Below, one piece after another: positions 17,324-27,200 of a stretch of DNA of 64,000 nucleotides (the first letter of the stretch is position 1; every line of letters starts with the position of its first letter). The notes beneath the pieces are model-generated. The model did not search any database. It worked only from the letters and a program-made list of their open reading frames with translations, and was not told the origin of the DNA. Where the stretch lies: assembly GCF_009649845.1 (NCBI RefSeq), contig NZ_WJIE01000009.1, forward strand, positions 224,685 through 288,684. Direction: 5' to 3'. This DNA comes from Polyangium spumosum (GTDB lineage: Bacteria; Myxococcota_A; Polyangia; Polyangiales; Polyangiaceae). A program made the translations under genes and the position numbers.

Positions 17324-19420
17324 TCAGGGCGTGCTGCTGCGATAAAGGCCGTGCGCCCCGAGCGCGAATGTCGTCTCGCCGTCCGGGAGCCGCGCAATCT
17401 TGCGGAGCTCGTCGCCGCCGGGAAACTCGCGCGGCGACCACGATTGCCCACCGTCGTTTGTCATGACGAGGGAACGTGAGCCGCCTGGGGCCTCGACGAC
17501 GGCGCTCGCGCGGGACGGCGTCGCGGCCGCGACCTCGACGATGGCGCCGCTCGACCCTCCCTCGAGCGATGACGCGGCCCAGGTCTCTCCCCCGTCCTCG
17601 GTGCGAAGCAAGAGCGGCTGCCCCGCGCTCGTGACGCCGCCGGCCCAGCCCACGCGGCTTTGGGGCGCGAAATCGACCGTGAGGAGCTTCTCCTCGTCCG
17701 GCCTCCCCCCGCGGCGGCTCGTGAACGATTGCCCCGCGTCGTCGCTCGTCAGAATGAGGCCGTTCTCGCCGACGGCGACGACGCGTTGCAAATCGAGGAC
17801 ACGCAGGTCGCGCACGAACGTCCCGGCCGGCAATGTCACCGCGTCGAACGTCGCGCCGCCGTCCGTCGACCGGTAGAGCGCGCGTGTATTCACCGCCCCG
17901 CGCGTGGTCGCGACGAACCCGAGGCCGCCCGGCCCGAGCGCGACCGCCGCGACCGGCTGCCCTTGTCCGGGAAAACCATCGGGCAGGAAGGTCCGGCCGC
18001 CGTCCTCGCTGCGCAGGAACGTCCGCTTCACGAATTCGCTCGGCAGCGCGAGCCACAGCCGATCTCCGTGCGCCGCCATGACGGGCGTCGGGATCCCTTC
18101 GTCCGTGAACGCGTCGAGATCACGCCCCTCGTCGAAATGAAGCCCGTCGTCCGTGCGGTGGAGCCGATATCGGAAGACCGCGGTCGTGTTCTGCATGGCG
18201 ATCACGTACCCGCGCGCCTTCGTGGGGAAGAGCAAGGCCTTGTTTTCGTTCAGGCCGCCGGGCCAATCGGCCGCGAGGGCGTTTTCTTCGATCGGCTCCG
18301 AGCTCCGCGCGCCGTCGGTCGAGCGGAGCAGCCTGTGCGTGAGCAAGAGGCCGTGGTTCGGGGTCCCGAAGCTCATGCGGTTCGCGCCGCGCCATGAGCT
18401 CTCGAACTCGGCGCCCCAGGTGCCGCGCGTGAACGTCTCGCCGCCGTCGCGCGACGTCCAGACCTCGAAGGTGGTCGGCATGTCGACGGTGTTGCAATGC
18501 GTCATCACGTGAAAGGAGCCGGATCCACCCTCGATCTGCGGCCCCCGCGCGCATTCCGGCGCGATCGAGCCTCGCGCCTCGAACGCGCTCCCCCGCGACG
18601 TCGAGCAATGAATAACCATCCCGCCGACGTCCGTGTCCTCGGCCATCACGCAGGCGAGGAGCTCGCGGCGCGACACCCACAAGGAATCCACGTAGCCGGG
18701 GTAGCCGCCCGGCAAGACCGTATCTCCGTGAAAGGCGTCGAGGTCGGGGGCTTCCGTCGCGCGGATTCGCGTCGTCGATCCAGTCTCGGTCGCGACGACG
18801 AGATACCCGGGGCCGGCTTGCACGATCGTGCGCCCCGGATCGAGCGGCGCGTGTTCGAACGCCGCGGCGCCGAGCTCGAAATGGTACAGGCCGCCTTGCG
18901 CCGAGCCGCAGACCACGCGGCCGGAGAAGCGGAGGCAACGCGTGAGCTCGGCCGGCGCCTCGGGCGAAGGCTCGAACGTCCTCCCTTTGTCGAGAGAAAC
19001 CCACGCGCGCCGCGCGGACGTCACGACGATCGCCGCCTCGTCCGCCCACACGAACGCGAGGTCCTCGCGGGTGCCGAGATCGACGCGCTCGAAGCGCTCG
19101 CCGCCGTCATCGCTGTGCAATACGAGCCCGCCTCGGCCCACGATCCACGCCTCGCGCCCGTCCACGTCCGCGACGTCGCTCATGCGCCGCGCGCTCGCGG
19201 GCAGCGGCGCGATCTCCGCCCAGAGAGGCGCTTCGCAGGCGTCGCCGCGCCGCACGAGCCCCGGGCCGCAGAGGGCCTTCGTGGGCTCGAGCGACAGGAC
19301 GTCCTCGGATTCCCGGGGCTCGGGCCGGCAGGACGAGAGCGCGATCGTCGAAAGGACGATCCCGATAAACGCGCATTTTCCGGCGAGCATCGACGCCTCT
19401 CCTCGCCGGCGGGCGAGCAA
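17324..19420 (-). CDS. BNR/Asp-box repeat lipoprotein (sialidase/Ycf48-like beta-propeller)
   Basis: Seven S-x-D-x-G-x-[TS]-[FW] Asp-boxes: SDDGGERF, SRDGGETF, SEDGGRTF, STDGGATF, SDDAGQSF, TEDGGETW, TNDGGQSW. N-terminal IVLSTIALSSC lipobox. Confidence 0.8.
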   Translation of the reverse strand: MLARRRGEASMLAGKCAFIGIVLSTIALSSCRPEPRESEDVLSLEPTKALCGPGLVRRGDACEAPLWAEIAPLPASARRMSDVADVDGREAWIVGRGGLVLHSDDGGERFERVDLGTREDLAFVWADEAAIVVTSARRAWVSLDKGRTFEPSPEAPAELTRCLRFSGRVVCGSAQGGLYHFELGAAAFEHAPLDPGRTIVQAGPGYLVVATETGSTTRIRATEAPDLDAFHGDTVLPGGYPGYVDSLWVSRRELLACVMAEDTDVGGMVIHCSTSRGSAFEARGSIAPECARGPQIEGGSGSFHVMTHCNTVDMPTTFEVWTSRDGGETFTRGTWGAEFESSWRGANRMSFGTPNHGLLLTHRLLRSTDGARSSEPIEENALAADWPGGLNENKALLFPTKARGYVIAMQNTTAVFRYRLHRTDDGLHFDEGRDLDAFTDEGIPTPVMAAHGDRLWLALPSEFVKRTFLRSEDGGRTFLPDGFPGQGQPVAAVALGPGGLGFVATTRGAVNTRALYRSTDGGATFDAVTLPAGTFVRDLRVLDLQRVVAVGENGLILTSDDAGQSFTSRRGGRPDEEKLLTVDFAPQSRVGWAGGVTSAGQPLLLRTEDGGETWAASSLEGGSSGAIVEVAAATPSRASAVVEAPGGSRSLVMTNDGGQSWSPREFPGGDELRKIARLPDGETTFALGAHGLYRSSTP

Positions 19421-19455
19421 GGCGCATGCCCTTGCCTTGCGCTTCGAGCCCGGCG

Positions 19456-20049
19456 ATGATGCCGAGCATGAAGATCATGCTCAAGCTCGAAAACCTGAAG
19501 ACAGGCGAGACGTCTTTCCAGGAGTTCCCGGACGAGGAGGCGACGACGGCGTGGCTCCGCGAGCGGCCGCGCTTCACGGACGTGCTCGGCGTGGTCTTCG
19601 AGGGCCTCTCGCGCGAGCAGAACGATCGCCTCAAGGGCGCGATGCGCCCGCTCGACGAGGAGGAGCGCGCGGCGGAGAAGGCCCTCGCCGAGGTGCGCGA
19701 GAAGGCCGCCGAGGCCGCGGCGCTCGCGCGCGAGAAGGAGAACGTGGCCGCGCGCGCGGCGCACCGCGAGGCGCAGAAGAACCTCGACCCGAACCGCCCG
19801 ATGGAGGTCCGGTTCCGCTACGATACGGGCCTGCAGCTCGCCGATCCGGACGACCCGCGGGGCATCTCGGACGAGGTCCGCGCCGCATGCACCGCGTGGA
19901 TCGAGGAGCGCAACGAGTGGGTCGCCTCGCGCGGGCAAATCGTGGGCGAAGCGAAGATCACCGTGCTCCCCGGCGCGCTGCCGAAGCCCGGCGCCGACCG
20001 CGTGCAACACGGCTCGTTCGTCCCGGTGACCGGCCCGAAGAAGGCCTGA
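19456..20049 (+). CDS. hypothetical cytoplasmic protein
   Basis: MMPSMKIMLKLENLKTGETSFQEFPDEEATTAWLRERPRF... has balanced composition with a charged coiled-coil-like middle. There is no signal peptide. Confidence 0.5.
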   Translation: MMPSMKIMLKLENLKTGETSFQEFPDEEATTAWLRERPRFTDVLGVVFEGLSREQNDRLKGAMRPLDEEERAAEKALAEVREKAAEAAALAREKENVAARAAHREAQKNLDPNRPMEVRFRYDTGLQLADPDDPRGISDEVRAACTAWIEERNEWVASRGQIVGEAKITVLPGALPKPGADRVQHGSFVPVTGPKKA

Positions 20050-20175
20050 GCGAGCGCCGTCCGCGGGAGGCGCGGGCCGTCCTCCCTGCAAGCGCGAATC
20101 CTCAGGCGACGCCGGATTCGACATTCAGGCTTTCGTCAGCTCGCGGTCGATTGCGTCGTCTGACAACATCCGTCG

Positions 20176-22335
20176 TTGCCTTCACCCAGGAAATCGCGCC
20201 GTCACGGCAAACGATGGAATCCGGGGGAGGACGCGGTCCTCGGGGCCTTCGTGTACGCGCTGCACGCCTGCAGGCGGCCGCGGGAGGTGGCGGCGGCGGT
20301 GGCCCGCGAGGGCGCGCGGGCCCTCGGGGCGACGTCGGGCGTGCTCGCGGTCCTCGTCGCCGACGAGCTCTCCGTCCCTGGTACGAATGATCCGGCCCCG
20401 CGCGGGCTCTCCGAGGCCCTCCGGGCGCCGGGGCCGACGCGGGTGCGTATGGCGGGGCGCGACGGGTGGGCCGCGCGGCTCGCCGTCGGGGACAGAGTCC
20501 TCGGCGTGATCGCATTCGAGGGGCTCTGCCCGCACGGGGCCACGAAGGCGCGTTTGTCCCGGCTGGCCAAGCATTGCGCTCCGGCCCTCTCGCGGGTGCT
20601 CGCGGAGGAGGCGGAGCTCTCGGCGTTGCGGCTCTCGCGGCAGCTCTTGCGCGCCGTCACCGAGGGGACGCACGACTGCGTCTTCGTCAAGGACCTGAAC
20701 CTCCGGTACGTGATGATCAACTCGGCCGGCGCGCGTGTCTTCGGGCTCGAGCCGGAGGACGTCGTGGGCAAGGACGACAAGACGCTCTTCGCCCGGGAGG
20801 ACGCCGACGAGATCGCGCAGCGGGACCGGGAGGTCATCACCCGCCGGCAGACGACGATCTACGAATGCTCGTCGACCACGAGCGGGGGGACCACGCGGTT
20901 CTGGCAATCGATGAAGGGGCCCTGGTACGACGAGGAGGGGCGGGTGATCGGCCTCGTGGGCATTTCGCGCGACGTCACGGCGCGCCGGCGCGCCGAGGAG
21001 GGGCAGCGGCTGCTCGCCGAGGTGAGCGGCGTCCTCGGCGCGTCGCTGGAATACGAGAGCACGCTCGCGGCCATGGCGCGGCTGCTCGTGCCGACGTTCG
21101 CCGAAGGGTGCACGATTCACGTGCAGGAGGCGGGCGAACGTTATTGCCTCGCGGCGCTCGGGCGAGGGGCCGCCTATGCCGAGCCATTGCTCGGCGTCGC
21201 GCCGCCAGGGCGTGCCTTCGGCTTGTCGGACCTCGACCTCGCCACGCGCGTGGAGCTCGAGGAGCGCGGCATTCATTCGCTGCTCATCGTGCCCATCGTG
21301 ATGCAGGGGCACGCGTTTGGCCACATGACGCTGCTCGCCGGGACGCCGGGACGATACGTGACGGAGCCCGAGCGCGCGCTCGTGGACGAGCTCTCGCGGC
21401 GCGCGGCCATGGCGATCGATCGCGCTCGGCTCTATCGCGCGGTCCAGGAGGCGAGCCGGCTGAAAGACGAGTTCCTGGGGGTCATCTCGCACGAGCTCCG
21501 CACGCCGCTCACGGCGATCCTCGGATGGACCAGCATTCTGCGGCGCGACTCGGTGCCGGAGGCGAGCCGCGGCAAGGCCCTCGAGACGATCGAGCGGAAC
21601 GCGCAGGCGCAGGCGCGGCTGATCGAGGATCTGATGGACACGACGAGCATGATCGCGGGCACGTTGCAGCTCGATTATGAGGACGTCGACCTCGTCGAGC
21701 CCCTCGGGCACGCCGTCCGGGTGATGCGCCCGCTCGCGGAGGTGAAGGGGATCGTGCTGAAGACCGCGTTCGAGGGGGGCGGCCCGCTGCCGGTCCTCGG
21801 CGACGACCTCCGGCTGCGGCAGATCTTCGAGAACCTCCTCGGCAATGCGCTCAAATTCACGCCGGCCGGCGGCACGGTGGAGATCGGCGGCCGTCGCGGC
21901 GACAAGGTGATCGTCTGGGTGAAGGACGACGGCGTGGGGATCCCGCCCCAGACCTTGCCGCACGTGTTCGAGCGTTTCCGGCAGGGCGACAGCTCGTCGA
22001 CCCGCAGCCACGGGGGCCTCGGCCTGGGGCTCTCGATCGTGCGCTATCTCGTGGAGGCGCACGGCGGCGCGGTCGTCGCCGAGAGCCCGGGCAAGGGGCT
22101 CGGGGCGACGTTCACCGTCGAATTGCCATTACGCGTGGACACGAGCTTGGAGGTCTCCGCCGCGGAGGAGGCGCGCGCGCCGCGCCGCGAGGGCGTGCAC
22201 GTGCGCGTCGTCGACGAGGCGCCGCAGCACCGCGAGCTCGTCACGGGGATCTTTCCGAGCGCGCGCCGCGGGGCGCCCGGGCCCGCCAACGACGAGCCCC
22301 GCGCGAGCAAGACCCGAGGAACCGTGGGGACATGA
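20176..22335 (+). CDS. GAF/PAS sensor histidine kinase
   Basis: PAS region: THDCVFVKDLNLRYVMINSAGARVFG. GAF-like regions flank it. HisKA H-box: LGVISHELRTPLTAILGW. HATPase_c G-box: GGLGLGLSIVRYLVEAHGG. The true start is likely an internal GTG near 20251. There is no receiver domain. Confidence 0.85.
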   Translation: MPSPRKSRRHGKRWNPGEDAVLGAFVYALHACRRPREVAAAVAREGARALGATSGVLAVLVADELSVPGTNDPAPRGLSEALRAPGPTRVRMAGRDGWAARLAVGDRVLGVIAFEGLCPHGATKARLSRLAKHCAPALSRVLAEEAELSALRLSRQLLRAVTEGTHDCVFVKDLNLRYVMINSAGARVFGLEPEDVVGKDDKTLFAREDADEIAQRDREVITRRQTTIYECSSTTSGGTTRFWQSMKGPWYDEEGRVIGLVGISRDVTARRRAEEGQRLLAEVSGVLGASLEYESTLAAMARLLVPTFAEGCTIHVQEAGERYCLAALGRGAAYAEPLLGVAPPGRAFGLSDLDLATRVELEERGIHSLLIVPIVMQGHAFGHMTLLAGTPGRYVTEPERALVDELSRRAAMAIDRARLYRAVQEASRLKDEFLGVISHELRTPLTAILGWTSILRRDSVPEASRGKALETIERNAQAQARLIEDLMDTTSMIAGTLQLDYEDVDLVEPLGHAVRVMRPLAEVKGIVLKTAFEGGGPLPVLGDDLRLRQIFENLLGNALKFTPAGGTVEIGGRRGDKVIVWVKDDGVGIPPQTLPHVFERFRQGDSSSTRSHGGLGLGLSIVRYLVEAHGGAVVAESPGKGLGATFTVELPLRVDTSLEVSAAEEARAPRREGVHVRVVDEAPQHRELVTGIFPSARRGAPGPANDEPRASKTRGTVGT

Positions 22336-22348
22336 ATCTCGATTCGTA

Positions 22349-22813
22349 TCAAACCTCTTCGTCCGTGGGCGCCGCCTTCAGATAGGCCTGCCAGGCTTCG
22401 ACGTCGTAGAGGCCGAGGTGCGCGATGGCCTCGCCGTATTTTCGGATGTCGTCCTCGAGCGAGGGGGCCGCGTCGTCGTCCTCCTCCTCCTCGTCCATTA
22501 CGATCTGCATCCCGACCCAATCGACCCATTCGGTCTGGATGGGCGCGAATTCGCGGAAGTATGCCGTCTTCTCCTCGGCCGAGCGTCCTTCGGCCCAGTG
22601 CCACCAGATCGTCATGTAATCCTCGCCGTAGCCCATGCGCCAGCCGATGGAGTAGCGCGGGATCTCCGGATGGCGGATCCACGGGGGGAGGGGCGAGGTG
22701 CGCCCCTGTTCGCGGAGCACCCTCTCGAGGGATTCTTGACGGAACGCTTGCGGATCGAAGGAGTCATTGCGCGTCACGAGGACCTCCACCACGGCCGTTC
22801 GGGAGGGCGGCAT
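22349..22813 (-). CDS. hypothetical protein (acidic C-terminus)
   Basis: A Trp-rich core (YSIGWRMGYGEDYMTIWWHWAEG) and an EEEEDDD stretch, in a non-biased frame. No motif was recognised. Confidence 0.5.
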   Translation of the reverse strand: MPPSRTAVVEVLVTRNDSFDPQAFRQESLERVLREQGRTSPLPPWIRHPEIPRYSIGWRMGYGEDYMTIWWHWAEGRSAEEKTAYFREFAPIQTEWVDWVGMQIVMDEEEEDDDAAPSLEDDIRKYGEAIAHLGLYDVEAWQAYLKAAPTDEEV

Positions 22814-23023
22814 TGTCGTCGCAGGGTCGTACGGCTGTCAAGCGGCGAGGCCCCGGCTCTCCAGGCTCCAGCGAACCCCGAAGACGCGGGTGAGGCAACC
22901 TTTCAAGGCAGGCGGACGCGCACGGGTTTCTCAGCGGATCGGGGTGGTCCTTGCTTTGCAGTGCCTGGAGGCGGTTGCCGTCATGGGCAGCCGGGAAAAT
23001 CATAAGGACGGAGGGATTGGCCC

Positions 23024-23818
23024 ATGCGTTCATTCACGATCGCGCGCGCCGCGGTTCTGCCTTTCCTCGGCCTCGCGCTCGCCGCTTGTGTGAGCGGTCC
23101 GGCGGAGGAATACGTGCTCGGAAAGGAGAGCGTGCCGAGCGTCGAGGAGGGCAAGGGGGCCCCGGAGGGCTCGCAGAGCGGCGCAGAAGAAGGCCTGCCG
23201 AGCGACGAGGCCGACGGGACGCAAAACGAGGCCGACGCGGGTCCGTCGACGGGCGAGCCGCTGGACGAGGGCAAGGAGATCGAAGCGCCTCTGCCGGGCG
23301 AGATCACGAAGGGGGAGATCTCGAAAGGAGAGATCTCGAAGGGCGAGGAGACGCCCGAGATCCCGGCAAAGGAGGGGCCGGAGGAGGGCGCGCCGGCCGA
23401 GCCCGCCGACGTCACGAAGGCGCCCGAGCCGACGGCCGAGCTCCCGTCGAAGGGCGAATTCGCGCCGGTCTCCCCGACCGCGCCGAAGGGCGAATTCGCG
23501 CCGATCCTGCCGAAGGGTGATTCCGGGGCCCTCACGCCGAAGGGGCTCGTGAGGCCCCGGATCGATCTCGGGGCGCGTCTCCCGCCGAGGCTCGATTACA
23601 GGCCGAGCGGCGATTCGCCGCCGAAGGGGGATCTCGCGCGCGGCGGTCGCGGCTGCCCGAATGCGCTGGCCCGGACGCCGGAGGTCGTCGGGGCGTGCGT
23701 GCAGGCAATCACGTACGCGAGAAACCCGGCGACGGGCGAATGCTGCGTGTACGCCACGCCTTGCGAGGTGCCGCACCGCTGGAACGCATCGTTCTCCCGG
23801 GACGACGTTTGCCGGTGA
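23024..23818 (+). CDS. lipoprotein with acidic low-complexity KGEIS repeats and C-terminal Cys domain
   Basis: Lipobox LALAAC. The repeats KGEISKGEISKGEE are encoded by 15-bp tandem DNA repeats. C-terminal region: CPNALARTPEVVGACVQAITYARNPATGECCVYATPCEVPHRW. Confidence 0.6.
   Translation: MRSFTIARAAVLPFLGLALAACVSGPAEEYVLGKESVPSVEEGKGAPEGSQSGAEEGLPSDEADGTQNEADAGPSTGEPLDEGKEIEAPLPGEITKGEISKGEISKGEETPEIPAKEGPEEGAPAEPADVTKAPEPTAELPSKGEFAPVSPTAPKGEFAPILPKGDSGALTPKGLVRPRIDLGARLPPRLDYRPSGDSPPKGDLARGGRGCPNALARTPEVVGACVQAITYARNPATGECCVYATPCEVPHRWNASFSRDDVCR
23297..23350. repeat. 15-bp tandem repeat (ggagagatctcgaaa, ~3.5 copies), each unit carrying the palindrome gagatctc
   Basis: gggcgagatcacgaagggggagatctcgaaaggagagatctcgaagggcgaggag encodes the KGEISKGEISKGE stretch of the lipoprotein. 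Confidence 0.75.
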
Positions 23819-23874
23819 CCTCCGGGCGCCGTCACGGTTGACGGAAGCGCGCATCCGCGCTTTCCTGGGCCGCG

Positions 23875-24243
23875 ATGGAGCTCGTGAGCGTCGACGTGGG
23901 TGAGGAGAAGGTCGTGGAAGGCCAGCCGGGCCAGGCGTTCCTGGCGAGCGCTCGGGATGTCGATCGCGTGATCGAGGCCTCGTTTTCGAGCGGCGCGGGC
24001 TCTGCCCTCCTTTACGCGGCGAACCTGCCGGCGGCCTTCTTCGACCTGAGCTCGGGCGAGGCCGGAGAGATCCTGCACAAATTGAGGCTGTATCGAATCC
24101 GCCTCGCCGTCGTCTGCCCGCCGGGGAGCGTCAGCTATAGCAGCCGCTTCGGGGAGATGATGGCCGAGGAGCGGCGCGGCGCGTGGTTCGGGGCGTTCGA
24201 GACACGCGACGCGGCCCTCGAATGGATCGGCTCGCCTCCCTGA
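23875..24243 (+). CDS. DUF4180-like small protein
   Basis: The 122-aa product contains FFDLSSGEAGEILHKLRLYRIRLAVV, which matches my recollection of the DUF4180 family. Confidence 0.5.
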   Translation: MELVSVDVGEEKVVEGQPGQAFLASARDVDRVIEASFSSGAGSALLYAANLPAAFFDLSSGEAGEILHKLRLYRIRLAVVCPPGSVSYSSRFGEMMAEERRGAWFGAFETRDAALEWIGSPP

Positions 24244-24249
24244 AGGCGC

Positions 24250-27200
24250 TCATTTCGACCCCACCCGAACGAACGACCCCCCCGTCCGCCCGAACGTCTC
24301 CGGCGCGTACATCTCCTCGATCCGCGTCGGCGGCGCCACGAATCGACCCACGTGGGCCGCGCGGGCGAGGTACCGATATCTCGAAATGCCCGCCGGCAAG
24401 GCGTCGATGAAATAAACGACGCGGTCGTCGCGCATTTCACGCCGCTCGGCCGGCGTCGCTTCGAGCTTCGCGAGCCAGGGGCCGCCCACGTCGCGGGCGA
24501 GGCGCAGCGGCTCGAGTCCGCCGGGGACCGGGTCTTCGAGGACGACGAAGCGGCGCGGCGCGGGCGTGACGACCTCGATCTCGCAGAGCACGACCTGCCC
24601 GGGATCAAACGCGGGCTCGCCGGAGAGAGGCGCGAGGACGGGGCCGCCGAGATCCGCGACGGGGCGGAAGGATTTTGTCACGTAAAACCCGGCGTCGAGC
24701 GGCTCGCGTGGCATGTCCTCGCGAGCGTAGCGGAGGACGGCCTCGTAATGGAGGTGGCCCCGAGACGTGGCCTCGAAGGTGAGCGGCGCGCCGCGGCTGC
24801 GGAGGAGATCGGACATCGAGACGAAGGCCGTCCGGCGGAGTTTTCCGGATTCGCCGCCGAGGCGCGCGTCCGCGAGCAGGGTATCTCCGAGGAAGACCCG
24901 CGCCTGCACGGGATCGGCGGGGGCGGGGTTTTTCTTGCGGAACGCGTCGAGCGCGAGCAGCGCCCAGCCGGCCTCGTGGGTCGTGCGGTAGGCGCCGCCG
25001 GCCCGCGCGTCCACGATGCCACGCGCGAGGCGGGCGGCGAGCGGGTGCGCGGGGTTCGTCGCGACGATCGCGAGCAGCCCCGCGGCATCGGTGCGCACGC
25101 CGGAGTCGAAATCACGAAATGGGGAGGGCCTCTCGGACGCGGCCACGAGGTGCGCCGCGGGGCCGTCGATCCGCATATTGGTTTCGAGGTCGCGGAGGAG
25201 CTCGCGGGCGGCGTCCTCGCCGCCGTGGCCCGAGACGGCGAACGCGTGGAGCAGGAGGGCGCGGGCGAACGGAGACATCCGGGCGCGCTCGTCGAAGAGG
25301 GCGCGCATGCGGGGTTCGTCGGGCCGGCGGGCCATGGCGAGGACGTCGAGCGCGAACGCGGATCGTTCGAGCGAGGAAGGGTTTGCCGCGGCGAACGGGG
25401 CCGCGAGGGCATTCGCGAGGGAACGAGCGGCGCGGTCGAGGGTCGCCTCGGGGACGGGTAGGCCGCGGCGGCGCGCCTCGTCGAGGCCCCAGAGCGCATA
25501 CGCGGTGATGTAGGGGTCTCCCTCGGCCGAGCCGGGCCAGAGGCCGAAGCTGCCGTCCTTTTGTTGATGCGTGAGCAACCTGTCCACCGCGCCCCGGAGC
25601 GCGGCGTCGACCTCGCTGCCTTTTTGCGGTCCAGGTTGTCCGGGCACGAGAGGCACGCCGAGGGAATCGGCGAGGTCGCGCAGCGCGAGGAGCGGGACCA
25701 TGCGGCTCACGGTCTGCTCGGTGCAACCATGAGGGTATTCGACGAGCTGCTCGATGCCGCCGGCGAGGCCCGAGAGCGGGGTCGAGGCGAGCGAGATCGA
25801 GAGCCCACCCGTATCCGCGCGGATCCCGGCGAGGTCCCCGAGGCGCTCGGCGACGGCCGCGGACGTCTCGCCGGTGAGGGCCGCGGTTTCGAGCGTCGTG
25901 GGCACGGAAATGTCCCTTTTGAGGTCGACGCCGTCGGTCTCCGGGCGGCCGCTCTCCTTCAATCGCGCCTCGAACGAGAGGTGGGCCTCTCCGGCGCGCT
26001 CGGCGCGGAAGGGAAAACGCAGGACGGCGGGTTCTTCGGGGTCGACCGTGGCCTCGCGGCGCATCGGGCCCGCAGGCGTGAGGCCGACTGCATTCGCGGT
26101 CACCACGGCCGAGCCGCGAGGGAGGTCGAGGGCGGAGAGGACGACGGAGGCCTCGAATCGATCTCCGGCGCGCAAAACCGCGGGGACGCTCGGGCGCGCC
26201 ATGAGGGGCTTCGAGGTGACGACCGTCTCGTCATCGGAGCCCGTGCGGTCGTCCTCGGTGACCGCGACGGCCATGAATCGATAAGCCGTGAGGCCGTCGG
26301 GCAAGGTGACGCGGCGCTTGACGCGGCCCGCGGCGTCCGTGACGAGGTCTGGCAAGAAAAACACCGTTTGTCGAAAATCGCCGCGGTGGGGGGCGACGCT
26401 GGTCGCGCCCATGCGGACCTGGGGCGGCTTCGCGCGGTGGCCCCCCGAGAAGGTGCGGAGGAGGTCGTGGCGCGCGTCTTTCGTCCAGACGCTCGGATAA
26501 CGTGTCGAATAGAGCGCAGCATGAGGCTCGGGCGTTCGGTACCACGTGAGCAAGAGCGAGCCCTCGTCCGCGGCCCACAACGTGATTTCGGCCCGCACGG
26601 GTTTGCCCGCGGCGTCTTTCGCGACGACCTCGACGTCGAGCGTCTCGCCGGGCGCCGCGTGGAGCTTGCTCGGGCGCACCTCGACGTCGAGCATGCGGGA
26701 CCGAGCGCTGACCTCGATGGACGCGCGCTGTGACTCGGATCGAGGGCCCGAGAGCGTGGTGACCGTCACGTCGGCGTTTGGCATCATGGAGAACGTGATC
26801 GGCACCTCGACGGTCGTCTTTTTGCCGTGTGGTTCGAGGGTCACGACACGCTGGTAGAGCAGGCCCTCGCGCTCCATCGTGAAGAGGGCCGGGCTCGGCT
26901 TCGAATGCGGAGATTCGACGACGAAGCGGGCGGTTTGTCCGACCCGATAGTCGCTTCGTTCGAGGCGCAGGACGAGCTCCGGCGGAAGGGGCTCGGGGGG
27001 CGGCGGCGGGGGCGGCGGAGGCGGTGGCGGAGGAGGCGGCGCCGAGGGGGCGGGCGTGGTCGTGGGCTCGAGACGAATTGAATAGGAGGCCGCGGCGCGG
27101 CGGCCTTTGCCGTCCCGGGTGGTGGCGCGGACGATGAGCTCCACCTCGTCGTCGGCCCCGACGCCGAGCGTCGGGACCTGGAACTCACAGGAGACCGGCG

